The translations under genes and the position numbers were made by a program. DNA of 64,000 nt from Macrostomum lignano. Its lineage: Eukaryota. The notes below the pieces were generated by a model. The model made no database searches. It was not told where the DNA came from and was given only the letters and a program-made list of their open reading frames with translations. Shown piece after piece: positions 24,401 to 35,600 of this stretch (position 1 is the stretch's first letter; every line of letters starts with the position of its first letter). The DNA is taken from NCBI GenBank assembly GCA_002269645.1, contig NIVC01000744.1, positions 124,001-188,000 on the forward strand, given 5' to 3'.

Positions 24401-26195
24401 ATCAGAATGGCACTCTGGGGATCAGAATGGCACTCTGGGGCTAGAATGACACTCTAGGGGTCAGAATGGCACTCTGGGGCTAGAATGGCACTCTAGGGGT
24501 CAGAATGGCACTCTGGGGCTAGAATGGCACTCTGGGGGTCAGAATGGCACTCTGGGGCTAGAATGACACTCTAGGGGTCAGAATGGCACTCTGGGGCTGG
24601 AATGGCACTCTGGGGCTAGAATGGCACTCTGGGGGTCAGAATGGCACTCTGGGGCTAGAATGGCACTCTGGGGCTAGAATGGCACTCTGGGGCTAGAATG
24701 GCACTCTGCGGCTAGAATGGCACTCTGCGGCTAGAATGGCACTCTGGGGATCAGAATGGTACTCTGGGGGTCAGAATGGCACTCTGGGGCTAGAATGGCA
24801 CTCTGGGGCTAGAATGGCACTCGGGGGCTAGAATGGCACTCTGGGGCTAGAATGGCACTCTGGGGCTAGAATGGCACTCTGGGGCTAGAATGGCACTCGG
24901 GGGCTAGAATGGCACTCGGGGGCTAGAATGGCACTCGGGGGCTAGAATGGCACTCTGGGGCTAGAATGGCACTCTGGGGCTAGAATGGCACTCGGGGGCT
25001 AGAATGGCACTCTGGGGCTAGAATGGCACTCTGGGGCTAGAATGGCACTCGGGGGCTAGAATGGCACTCGGGGCTAGAACACTCGCCGCTCTCCACCCCT
25101 CAGGCACTGCCGCAAGCAGAAGGAAGCCGCGGACAAGCGGGACGCGGCCGCCCCGGACCCCAGTAACCAGGGCGCCGTCACCCGCTGCCTGCGCGACATC
25201 GTTGCCTCCGAGGACGACGCCGACCAGGCAGCGGCAGTCGGCCGCCCGGCGCCGCCCAGCAAGTCATCGGTGCTGCGCGGCCAGTGCCGCAGCTACCTCC
25301 GCAGCCTGGCGTTGGAGTTCAACCTGAACTACCGGCTGGACCCCCGGCTGTCTGCCGCCTGTGGACAGGTGCGGAGAGTCCTGACCCTGACCCACACTGA
25401 TGACCCACACTGATGACCCACACTGATGACCCACACTGATGACCCAAACTGATGACCCACCCTGATGACCCACACTGATGATGACCCACACTGATGGCTC
25501 ACCCTGATGACCCACACTGGTGACCCACACTGATGACCCACCCTGATGACCCACACTGATGATCCCTGATGACCCACACTGATGATGACCCACACTGATG
25601 ATGACCCACACTGATGGCTCACCCTGATGACCCACACTGGTGACCCACGCTAACCCTGCCGCAGGTGGCCGAGAGCTACTGCCACGCGGAGCTGGAGGAC
25701 GTGCGGGACAGCGGCAGCAGCCTGTTCCGGGTCACCGAGTGCCTGAAGCGGCTGCTCAGCCAGGGCCGCATCCGCTCGCAGGCCTGCAGCGGCGAGGTTC
25801 GTCGGCTGCTGCACGAGTCGGACGCCGACATTCACGTGGACCCGCTGCTGTACCGGGCCTGCACCTCCGAGATCGCCCACCTGTGCGGCAGCGTGCCGCT
25901 GGGCGCCGGCCGCCAGATGCGCTGCACCGTGGCCGCCTTCCGGGACCTCGCCACCCGCCAGCTGATCGGCAGCGAGTGCGCGCGGGCGCTGGACCAGCGG
26001 CTGCGCCTGATGGAGGCGGCCGCCGGGGTTCTCAGGCCGCGGAGCGTCGGTGAACTGGCGGTTCACATCAACGAGTCGCCTGCCAGGGCCTACTTCATCG
26101 GGCTGGGGCTCAGCCTCTTGGTGCTGCTGCTGCTGGTCGGTTTCTGCTCAGGCAGGGCCAGCTCAAGGCGGGCCGCCTCCGCTAAGAGAGTCTGA
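15411..26195 (+). CDS. GLG1: Golgi apparatus protein 1 (ESL-1 / cysteine-rich FGF receptor), 1198 aa; exons 15411-15459, 17599-17987, 18367-18627, 19317-19763, 20092-20669, 21635-21957, 22548-23056, 23411-23655, 25104-25368, 25665-26195
   Basis: Signal peptide MIFVSFLVFLTITAVFG|; many Cys-rich GLG1 repeats (e.g. DYHNDRPLFYACRDDRERLC, DYRLNPELQRYCGQDI, DIHVDPLLYRACTSEIAHLCGSVPLGAGRQMRC); C-terminal TM YFIGLGLSLLVLLLLVGFCSG with a short basic tail. All junctions are GT-AG and phase-consistent (3597 nt). Exon 1 is the least certain. AATAAA at 27100-27105. Confidence 0.92.
18021..18160 (-). mobile_element. tRNA-derived SINE with CORE/Meta-type central domain, 3'-truncated copy, in GLG1 intron 2
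   Basis: The minus strand reads A-box TAGTCTAGTGG, a Met-like GGACTCATGA loop, B-box GGTTCGATT, then ...CTAACTCTACATTGCTTCAGTTTACCCAGCTGTAAAAT. It matches 33781-33919 at 119/139 positions by manual ungapped comparison. Confidence 0.85.
18701..19273. repeat. Minisatellite, 34-bp unit (TAGGGTAGGGGTTGATCTGAGAGAGTGTACATTC), GLG1 intron 3
   Basis: Visible tandem array. Confidence 0.95.
19775..20032. repeat. Minisatellite, ~31-bp unit (CAGATCCTCAGTTGCTGGGCCACCGCTCTCC), GLG1 intron 4
   Basis: Visible tandem array starting about 12 nt after the donor. Confidence 0.9.
20796..21405. repeat. Minisatellite, 20-bp unit (GATAGATTTGGGACTTCAAG), GLG1 intron 5
   Basis: Visible tandem array. Confidence 0.95.
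22002..22487. repeat. Minisatellite, 30-bp unit (AGTGACAGAGTGCCAGTCACACAGAGTGAC), GLG1 intron 6
   Basis: Visible tandem array; each unit has a GTGAC/GTCAC inverted repeat. Confidence 0.95.
23068..23385. repeat. Minisatellite, 34-bp unit (CTGACCCACTCCTGACAAGGCTGATGACCTGCCA), GLG1 intron 7
   Basis: The array fills almost the whole 354-nt intron. Confidence 0.95.
23660..25078. repeat. Minisatellite, 19/20-bp unit (GGCACTCTGGGGCTAGAAT / GGCACTCTGGGGATCAGAAT), GLG1 intron 8
   Basis: The array starts at donor +5 and ends about 25 nt before the acceptor; unit variants are regionally clustered. Confidence 0.97.
25381..25648. repeat. Minisatellite, ~13-bp unit (GATGACCCACACT), GLG1 intron 9
   Basis: The array fills most of the 296-nt intron. 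Confidence 0.93.
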
Positions 26196-26199
26196 GCTC

Positions 26200-26656
26200 T
26201 GGGGACTGGGATCCGGAACTGGGGACTGGAATTCGGAACTGGGGACTCCAGGATTCGAAACTGGGGACTCCAGGATTCGAAACTGGGGACTCCAGGATTC
26301 GAAACTGGGGACTCCAGGATTCGAAACTGGGAACTGGGATCCGGAAACGCGGACTGGGATTCGGAAATGGGGACTGGGATTCGGAACCGCGGACTGGGAT
26401 TCAGAACTGGGGACTGGGATTCGGAACCGCGGACTGGGATTCAGAACTGGGGACTAGGATTCGGAACCGCGGACTGGGATTCAGAACTGGGGACTGGGAT
26501 TCGGAACCGCGGACTGGGATTAGGAACTGGGGACTGGGATTCGGAACCGCGGACTGGGATTCAGAACTGTGGACTGGGATTCGGAACCGCGGACTGGGAT
26601 TCAGAACTGGGGACTGGGATTCGGAACCGCGGACTGGGATTCGGAACTGGGGACTG
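26200..26656. repeat. Minisatellite, 20-bp unit (GGGGACTGGGATTCGGAACT), immediately after the GLG1 stop codon
   Basis: Visible tandem array starting about 5 nt after TGA. Confidence 0.93.
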
Positions 26657-27522
26657 GTTAGGAAACAGTGATTGAGTTCTCCAGAGTTCAGGATTACAGA
26701 ATATCCCGGAGATCAGCTGACTCCTTCCGCCTGATTTGACCTTTCTCTCGGTGTTTTCTTGATTCTTTCTCGCGATGGCCATTCATGCGATGAGCATTCT
26801 TGAGCACTCCTGAGTACTAAACAGCCCTGAGCATTGAGCAAACCCTGAGCATTCATGAGCGCTGAGCACTACTGAGCATTCCTAAGTACTGAGCACTACT
26901 GAGCACTTCTGCGTGGCTCTTCATTCCAGACCCTGTGTTTCTATTGCCTTAAATTGCAGGGGCAGTGTTCCACACTCACTCAGCTCTGCTCCAGTGCGAT
27001 CTGTAATCACCCGCTATAGTAAATGTGGGTCAGTGACAAAACTGTGTAAAAGTAGTCCCTCAGACACTTTATTATTCGGTCTTTAAATCAATTATTTGTA
27101 ATAAATTCATTGAAACTTTTTATACTCTTATCAACCCACGACATTCCAATTTTACAACTTGCTACTTTGCTACTTACTTTGCTACTCAATCGACTAGTAG
27201 TATGTCCTGGGTGCGCTGTTTTTCATTAAATTTAGCAACGGATTCATTCCATCTGCATGTAACCCTGTGTGACGCTTTTGACTTTGTATGTTTTCTATTT
27301 GCAATTTTTTATTTCTCTACTTTAAGTAGCATGGTTTGCGCGGATAACCTTTGCTGGTACGAAATACACATTTAATGTATTTATGATGCTGTGACCGCCA
27401 CCCGCTGTTCTAACCCATGCGCTGGTCTGGAGGGCAGTACTTCAACAAATTTTTGCAGCAATTTTGACTCTATTTTCACTTGCGAGTAACACTGTAACTG
27501 GATTTACATTCCCTATAATATT

Positions 27523-28503
27523 GTGACCTCAACCAGTGTCCACTGTGACCTCAACCAGTGTCCACTGTGACCTCAGCAGTGTCCATTGTGATCTCAGCAG
27601 TGCCCACTGTGACCTCAGCCAGTGTCCATTGTGACCTCAGCAGTGTCCATTGTGACCTCAGCAGTGTCCACTGTGACCTCAACCAGTGTCCACTGTGACC
27701 TCAGCAGTGTCCATTGTGATCTCAGCAGTGCCCACTGTGACCTCAGCAGTGTCCATTGTGACCTCAGCAGTGTCCATTGTGACCTCAGCAGTGTCCATTG
27801 TAACCTCAGCAGTGTCCACTGTGACCTCAGCCAGTGTCCATTGTGACCTCAGCAGTGTCCATTGTGACCTCAGCAGTGTCCACTGTGACCTCAACCAGTG
27901 TCCATTGTGACCTCAGCAGTGTCCACTGTGACCTCAACAGTGTCCACTGTGACCTCAACCAGTGTCCATTGTGACCTCAGCAGTGTCCGTTGTGACCTCA
28001 GCAGTGTCCACTGTGACCTCAGCAGTGTCCATTGTGATCTCAGCAGTGTCCACTGTGACCTCAGCAGTGTCCATTGTGATCTCAGCAGTGCCCACTGTGA
28101 CCTCAGCAGTGTCCATTGTGACCTCAGCAGTGTCCATTGTGATCTCAGCAGTGCCCACTGTGACCTCAGCAGTGTCCATTGTGATCTCAGCAGTGTCCAC
28201 TGTGACCTCAGCCAGTGTCCACTGTGACCTCAGCAGTGTCCACTGTAACCTAAGCAGTGTCCATTGTGACCTCAGCCAGTGTACACTGTGACCTCAGCAG
28301 TGTCCACTGTAACCTAAGCAGTGTCCATTGTGACCTCAGCCAGTGTACACTGTGACCTCAGCAGTGTCCATTGTGACCTCAGCAGTGTCCATTGTGACCT
28401 CAGCAGTGTCCACTGTGACCTCAGCCGTGTCCATTATGAACTCAACCAGTGTCCGCTGTGACCTCAGCCGTGTCCATTATGAACTCAACCAGTGTCCACT
28501 GTG
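27523..28503. repeat. Minisatellite, 21/22-bp unit (GTGACCTCAGCAGTGTCCATT), between the GLG1 and DDR 3' ends
   Basis: Visible tandem array. Confidence 0.96.
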
Positions 28504-29634
28504 TTAACAACTCGCAGAACATCGCTGCAAACTGTGTCAGCCAAAGCAGGTTTGCAGTGAAAGTGAGTGTTAAAACCGTAGCTCTGTCTAACAGGTGCAG
28601 AAGTTTGATTTATTTATTTAATAGCGAATTGTACTTACAATAATTTATCGACTAAGTCCAGTTCGGTAATGCCAAACAAATTTGCATAGAAAACGCAGTT
28701 GATACTACTTGAGTGATTCGAGTAGTGCAGTCGCGGTGCTCAGATTAAGTTGGGAGTTGCTCCCTCGGTGCAGAAGAAAATGTGTTTTACTACACAAAGC
28801 GACAGACTCCGGAAAATATTGAAGTACGCGTAGAACTTGCGTAGAAATTAAAAGGAAAAGTACACAATTTGGAGTTTTACAGCCAATTCGCGAACAGCTC
28901 AAGCACAAAAACATGGTAACAGAGAGCAATTGCAAGAGCACGAAATTGCACTAGGGGATTTGACTCGCGAACGACAGTCTTTGTTTTATCTTTTGTCTTT
29001 GTGATCTGCAACCAAACAAGGGCGAACGATCGCTGCATGCACTACTGAGGATAAATGCTGCGCAAGTCCCAAGAGTCCGCGCGGCCTCAGGGCAAGCAAA
29101 ATTATGATAATATGATAGCAATTTTCTAAATCACAAATTCTGGAAAGGTGCTTATGAAGCTTTGCTTAAGACAGGGAAATTACAGAGGCAATTATACAGA
29201 GGTTTTTACAGCACTGAACTTGAAAATATATTTTTGGCAAATTATGTGGAATATCCGGCAAATTGAAGATAAAACATCCGGGATCCTGGATGGCTTGCTG
29301 ATGGCGTAGCAACAAGCCGCGATCCAAGATCCTTATGGGTCTAATGAATTGTTCCGTTTAAGCATAGAATTGCATTGATATTTATTGTTTGTTACTGTAA
29401 GTAGGCTGTAGCGAGTATTGGTTGACCGTCTGTGCAAAATTTGAAAAATAGCATACGAAAGCGGCAACAGTTGTCGTTTCTATGCTCTTGGAGCTCTTTT
29501 AGAAGGCATCGCATCACATTCTGGGACTCTGCCACAGTCGAAACTTTCTAAACTGAAGTCGATAAACTTGAAGCAAACCGCCTCGAGCCAAAGTCCGACG
29601 TCCTTGGCTCGACTCGCCTCATTCGGCATCGGCC

Positions 29635-32600
29635 TCACGCCAGCTGCCGCAGCAGCCGGTCGTCACCGGGCGCGAAGCCGATGTTCTTGCGCTGCAGGAA
29701 CAGGTGGATCTCCCTGAATGCCGGCCTGCAGGCCTCGTCCCGCTGCCAGCACTCGCACATCAGGTCGTACAGCTCGCGCTGGCAGCCTGGCGGGCACGGC
29801 AGCGCCTGCGCCAGACCGTCGCACAGCCAGATGTGCTGGCAGTTCGCCACCACCTGCTCGTCATTCAGGTTGGAGAACGGCTGCTCCCTGCAGAAGGTGA
29901 GCATCTCCCAGAGCGTCACGGCGAAGCTCCAGACGTCGCTGCGGCTGGAGAAGCGGCCCTGCAGGACGGCCTCCCAGGACATCCAGCGGATCGGCAGGGC
30001 GGAGCCGCGGCCGCCGTCCACTCGGCAGTAGTCGGAGGAGTAGATCGGCCGCGACATGCCGAAGTCGCAGATTTTCACCTGCGGCAAGGAAAGCGTGGGG
30101 GGTCAGGATCGAGTCTAGAATGGATGGTGAAGGTTCACAGCTCACAAGCTTCATAACCGACGCATTCGAATCCCAAATCCTGAGCTCCAAATCCTACCTG
30201 GAAGTCGTCGCCAAGCAGGCAGTTTCTGCACGCCAGATCCCGGTGGGTGACCTGCATCGCCTCCAGGTACTTCATGCCGCTGGCCACCTGGCCGGCCAGG
30301 TAGATGAGGCAGCCGTAGGACAGGCCGGGCTGCTCCACGGTGGCGGGGGACACCCGGTGGCGCAGCAGCTGGTGCAGGTCCCCGTAGCGCATGTACTCCA
30401 CCAGCGCGCACTGCGGCGCCTTCGGGTCGCGGGTCACCACGCCCAGCACGCGCACCACGTTGGGGTCGTCCAGGCGGGCCAGCAGGCGGATCTCGCGCCG
30501 GAAATCCTGCTTGGCCTGCGGCCCCGCGTCCCTGCGCAGCGTCTTCACCGCCACCAGGAGCGGCGGCGTCGAATCCGGCGACCCCGATGGCCGCCACTCC
30601 GCCAGGCGGACCTCGCCAAACTGGCCGCCGCCGAGTCGCTCCTTGAGGCTGACGGAGGCCGCAGGGACCTCCAAGCCCGCCAGCTCGTCCTGGCCGGCCG
30701 GCTCCGCCGATTGCAGATGCGCCGGGCAGGCGTACACAGTGTTGCCCGAGCAGCCTGGGTGGGTTCGGTGCGGGGAATCCCTTGTGACGCTATTTTTAGA
30801 TTGCGGGCGATTGCCAGACATCTAGTGTGCTTCTCATCTATCCAGTGTGCTTCTCATCTATCCAGTGTGCTTCTCATCTATCCAGTGTGCTTCTCATCTA
30901 TCCAGTGTGTTTCTCATCTATCCAGTGTGCTTCTCATCTATCCAGTGTGCTTCTCATCTATCCAGTGTGCTTCTCATCTATCCAGTGTGCTTCTCATCTA
31001 TCCAGTGTGCTTCTCATCTATCCAGTGTGCTTCCCATCTATTCAGTGTGCTTCTCATCTATCCAGTGTGCTTCCCATCTATTCAGTGTGCTTCTCATCTA
31101 TCCAGTGTGCTTCTCATCTATCCAGTGTGCTTCTCATCTATCCAGTGTGTTTCCCATCTATCCAGTGTATTTATCATCTATCCAGTGTGTTTCTCATCTA
31201 TCCAGTGTGTTTCTCATCTATCCAGTGTGCTTCCCATCTATCCAGTGTGTTTCTCATCTATCCAGTGTGTTTCCCATCTATCCAGTGTGTTTCTCATCTA
31301 TCCAGTGTGTTTCTTATCTAACTAGAACTCTCCCGGGCTCTAGTTAGATCTCTGCCACTAGAGCTCTGCCATCTAGAGCAGATCCCGTGAAATACCAAAA
31401 AGCGAAAGACAGATTCGGAACAATAGAAAATCGTCCTAACCTTTTCCCTCACATCTCTGAATACCCGGGCAGTTGCTAATTGCGTGACAAAAAGTCAGGC
31501 CCAATGAGATGCATAACTGATCCCATTGTTCCCTCAAATGTTGCACAACATGGTCTTTTAGAGTATTTAACTTAGAAAGTCATCTTAGATCGAGCATTTG
31601 CCTACAATATTCGCTAATTGCATCACAGATCCCCTTGAGATCGCCAAGATCCCAATCTATGAATTTTCTACCTGGCGCGCTGTGTGCTACAGAGATCGCC
31701 TTTTACATTCCCCCCTGACCTTTCGTGTGGGTCCAGCCGGTAAAATAAAAAAACGTGTCCAAAATCAACTGAGTTTAACGCGGTCGCCGAGCTTAATACC
31801 TTCCGGTTTCTGGGGACCGTGAGAGACACTGCAGACAGCCGGCCAGATAAGACTTGCATGGTCCCCCCCCCAGTCTTTGGCCCAGCAGATTGCGCAAGCT
31901 CGGGTGGTTTCCGCGCCGTGTTTGTGCGCCGGGGCTTATCTCCGTCACTCTCCCTCTCTCCCCCTGCCACACAGTTTAGCAGAGATTTCTATCGAATACT
32001 CCATAGAATCTGCCTGCCTGTGTTTGATTGCGCAATCCGCGCTGTTAAACCCGAGCGCCCCTACTAAAATTCAAAATGCCAAACGGTTTGTGGCGGCCGT
32101 AATCTGGGTCTCTTTATTGATTTGAATTGGAGGGCTTGGGGGGGGGCAAGGAGCTGCTGCTGCGGCCGCCACGGTTTTGGTCTAAAAGCTGCCCATTGAA
32201 TTCAAATAAACACCAAGTTCAGCCCTGCTGATGGCGGACTTCAGCTTGCAGAACTAACACGAAATACCCAACATCCCGACTGGATGCTCAGTTTAATGGC
32301 TTAATGATACATGCTTTCATAGTGTATACATATGCCTGGCGCCATAGACATTGGTATCTGGCGCCATAGACATTGGTATCTGGCGCCATAGACATTGGTA
32401 TCTGGCGCCATAGACATTGGTATCTGGCGCCATAGCACATTGGTATCTGGCGCCATAGACATTGGTGTCTGGCGCCAGGAAAACCTACCTCACGCATGCT
32501 TACCATGTTCACCAAACCACCCATACAGTCAGCAGCTGCTCACCCTGGATGTTGAGATCCGACGGAAACCGCGGCACCGGCGGCGGGGTGGCCATCGGCA

Positions 32601-35600
32601 GGCCCACCAGGAGGCCGGAAGGCGGCGGTGGCACCGGGCTCGGGTAGCCGCGGTGTGGCGAGTAGCCGCTCTGCTGCTGGGACAGCCGCGCCCGCGCCAC
32701 CGGGGTGAGCTCCGCCAGCGGGTTGGTGGTGATCCGCGTTCTGCTGTAGGGCGACGCCATTGCCGCAGTCGCCGAGTAATGCGCCTTCGGGCTGTACAGC
32801 ATGCTCAGCGTGGCGCTGGCGTACTCGCGCGCCCCCGCGCCGGCGCCGATCAGCGGCTCGTCCGCTGGGCCTCCGACGCCGCCGCCGCAGCCGCTGACGA
32901 TCCGGACGGAGTCGGCGAGGCTGTCATCCGAGTCCTCGTCATCGTCCGACTCCGGCAGGCTGTTGTAGACGCCGAGGTTCTTGCTGCCGCCACCGATGCT
33001 GCCGCCGCCGCCTCCGCCACCTCCGCCTCCACCCGCCCCGCCGTTGACGCCGACAAAGGCGCTGCCGTTGAGGACAGCCGGCCTGCCGCTGGCAAAGTCC
33101 AGGTGGATTGGCGTCGTCTCAGCGCCCTTCAGGTGCGTCTGCATGGAGATGCAGCGGCCGACGCTGCCATGGCCACCGCCGCCGCCGACGGCCTTCTTGC
33201 GCAGCAGCCGCCAGCGCCGCAGGCAAAGCAGGCCGACGGTCAGCATCAGCAGCAGCGCGCCGAGGAGGCTGGACACGATGATTACGATGTAGGTGAGCTC
33301 GCTGTCTCTCTGTTGCGGCTGCCCGCCGCCGCCTCTGCCGCCGCTGCCGTCGCCGCCGCGCAACTCGACGTGCTCCTTGGAGGCCTCGCCGCCCCAGCCG
33401 GTGACCGCAGGCGGGTCGGGGGTCCGCAGCCAGCGCAGGTCGCCGTTGTTGGCGATGGCGGCCCCGTCATCGACGCCTGCTGGCGGCCGCGGCTGTTGCG
33501 GTGGCGGGTGCGGCTGCTGCGGAGGCAGAGGCGGCGTCTCCGGCGGTGGCGGCACCGACACGGGGTCTGTTGGGATTGAGCAGTTTTTGTATTATTTTTG
33601 AAACTCGACTTCTTTTCTGGTGCACTTTGAAAGATGATTACACCTGCCCCGATTGGGCCCGATGTGCAGTTCAGCCGCAGCTATTGTTCAGTCCAAGGAC
33701 CGGGGGGACCGGGGGGTCGCCACACACACCCTCAATTACCCCAGCTACCTATTTGGGACCTATACTGGCACCTGGCACCTATTTTACAGCTGGGTGAACT
33801 GAAGCAATGCAGAGTTAAGTGCCTTTCTCAAGAACACAAATTGTTCCAGTGGGATCGGGAATCGAACCTCCGACCTTTCAGTCGTGAGTAAGACGCTCTA
33901 ACCATTAGGCTTCAACTCCCTTACAAGGCACAGGGACAGAACCTCAGGACTGGAGTGACGCCAAGTTCAGGATAACTTCAGGGAGAGAGAGTCAGACTCG
34001 TCTACCGCTGAGCTGCTCTGGCAGACCTCAGGATAACTTCAGGAGAGAGTCAGACTCGTCTACCGCTGAGCTGCTCTGACAGACCTCAGGATAACTTCAG
34101 GAGAGAGTCAGACTCGCTACCGCTGAGCTGCTCTGGCAGACCTCAGGATAACTTCAGGAGAGAGTCAGACTCGCTACCACTGAGCTGCTCTGGCAGACCT
34201 CAGGATAACTTCAGGAGAGAGTCAGACTCGTCTACCGCTGAGCTGCTCTGACAGACCTCAGGATAACTTCAGGAGAGAGTCAGACTCGCTACCGCTGAGC
34301 TGCTCTGGCAGACCTCAGGATAACTTCAGGAGAGAGTCAGACTCGCTACCACTGAGCTGCTCTGGCAGACCTCAGTATAACTTCAGGAGAGAGTCAGACT
34401 CGCTACCACTGAGCTGCTCTGGCAGACCTCAGTATAACTTCAGGAGAGAGTCAGACTCGCTACCACTGAGCTGCTCTGACAGACCTCAGGGAAACTTCAG
34501 GAGAGAGTCAGACTCGCTACCGCTGAGCTGCTCTGGCAGACCTCAGGATAACTTCAGGAGAGAGTCAGACTTGCTACCACTGAGCTGCTCTGGCAGACCT
34601 CAGGATAACTTCAGGCCGCTAACTTCAGGAATTTTAGGATTTGGGGTGGCGCTATTTTGATGCAGACTTCGCTTTCCCTGACAGCATCCAGCAATAAAAC
34701 TTTTGTCACAAATTACCCGCTTAAAAGCCTCGGAATAATTTGCCGGATATTACAACTGAACTGTGCCTGATGCGGCACAGCTGATGGCGGCGGTGCGGAT
34801 TTCAGCCGGCGGAGCATCTGCGCAGCAGGCCCAGGTAAATAAGAAAAAATGTCAAGTTTTTTGTTTAAAAGCCGAAAGCACCGCCAATTGCCCAGTTAAT
34901 TATAGTTGATGTCGCTGGCGCAATTCTGAAGAGTTTCAGGTGTGCTGCAGCAGCCTTTGTTGCGCAGCAGCCACCGGCTGTTGGCCAAGAAAGGCTTGGG
35001 GCAAACAAAGTCGCCGCAGAGGCGCTCAGGCCAGTTTTAATCAGTTCTGGCAGCATCTGGCAGAAGCCTTTTGTGCCCCCCTGCACGGCATTCGCAAGAA
35101 TTGATGCGGCAGAACATGCAGCAGCAAACCACAGGCATTCCAGATCGGGTTTGAAAATCAACTTTCGGAATGAATACAATTATTCTAATCTGGGGTGGCG
35201 GTCGAGGTCACCAGCACCGTTGCGTGCCGAAGGGGATGCTGAGATTGGCATCATCAACATCGTCGCTGACCTCGGCGGCATCGCGTGCGTGAGGAATGCC
35301 GCAGAGGACGCCGGTTGAGAGGCCTGAGAGCGCCTGTTGCACTTGTTGCCGCTGTTAATTCTGTGGGAGAGGACTCCGATTGTCCCAGCACCGCCGCCCG
35401 CATTTTATTCAAGGCGATAGACAAACTTTCCCAGCCATTAGTCACCCGGCGGCGCCAGGGCGGCAGTCACTCAGTTCGGGACAGGCCGGGCCGGTGTTGA
35501 CTTTGCGAAATTACAATCTCCTCTCCGGAGCAGCGGGGAAGCCACCCCCACCACGGTCGCTTTTTAATAAACCCGCTTGGTGCGTGATCCCCGCCATGCG

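Noticed and set aside
25381-25648. Repeated CTGATGA suggesting tandem hammerhead ribozymes or snoRNA boxes
   Set aside because: There is no stem II or GAAA core and no box C/D terminal stem; it is a simple 13-bp repeat.
30120-33579. Long plus-strand ORFs (401 aa and 394 aa) and similar ORFs antisense to GLG1
   Set aside because: They are antisense shadows of high-GC3 exons, extended by repeats.
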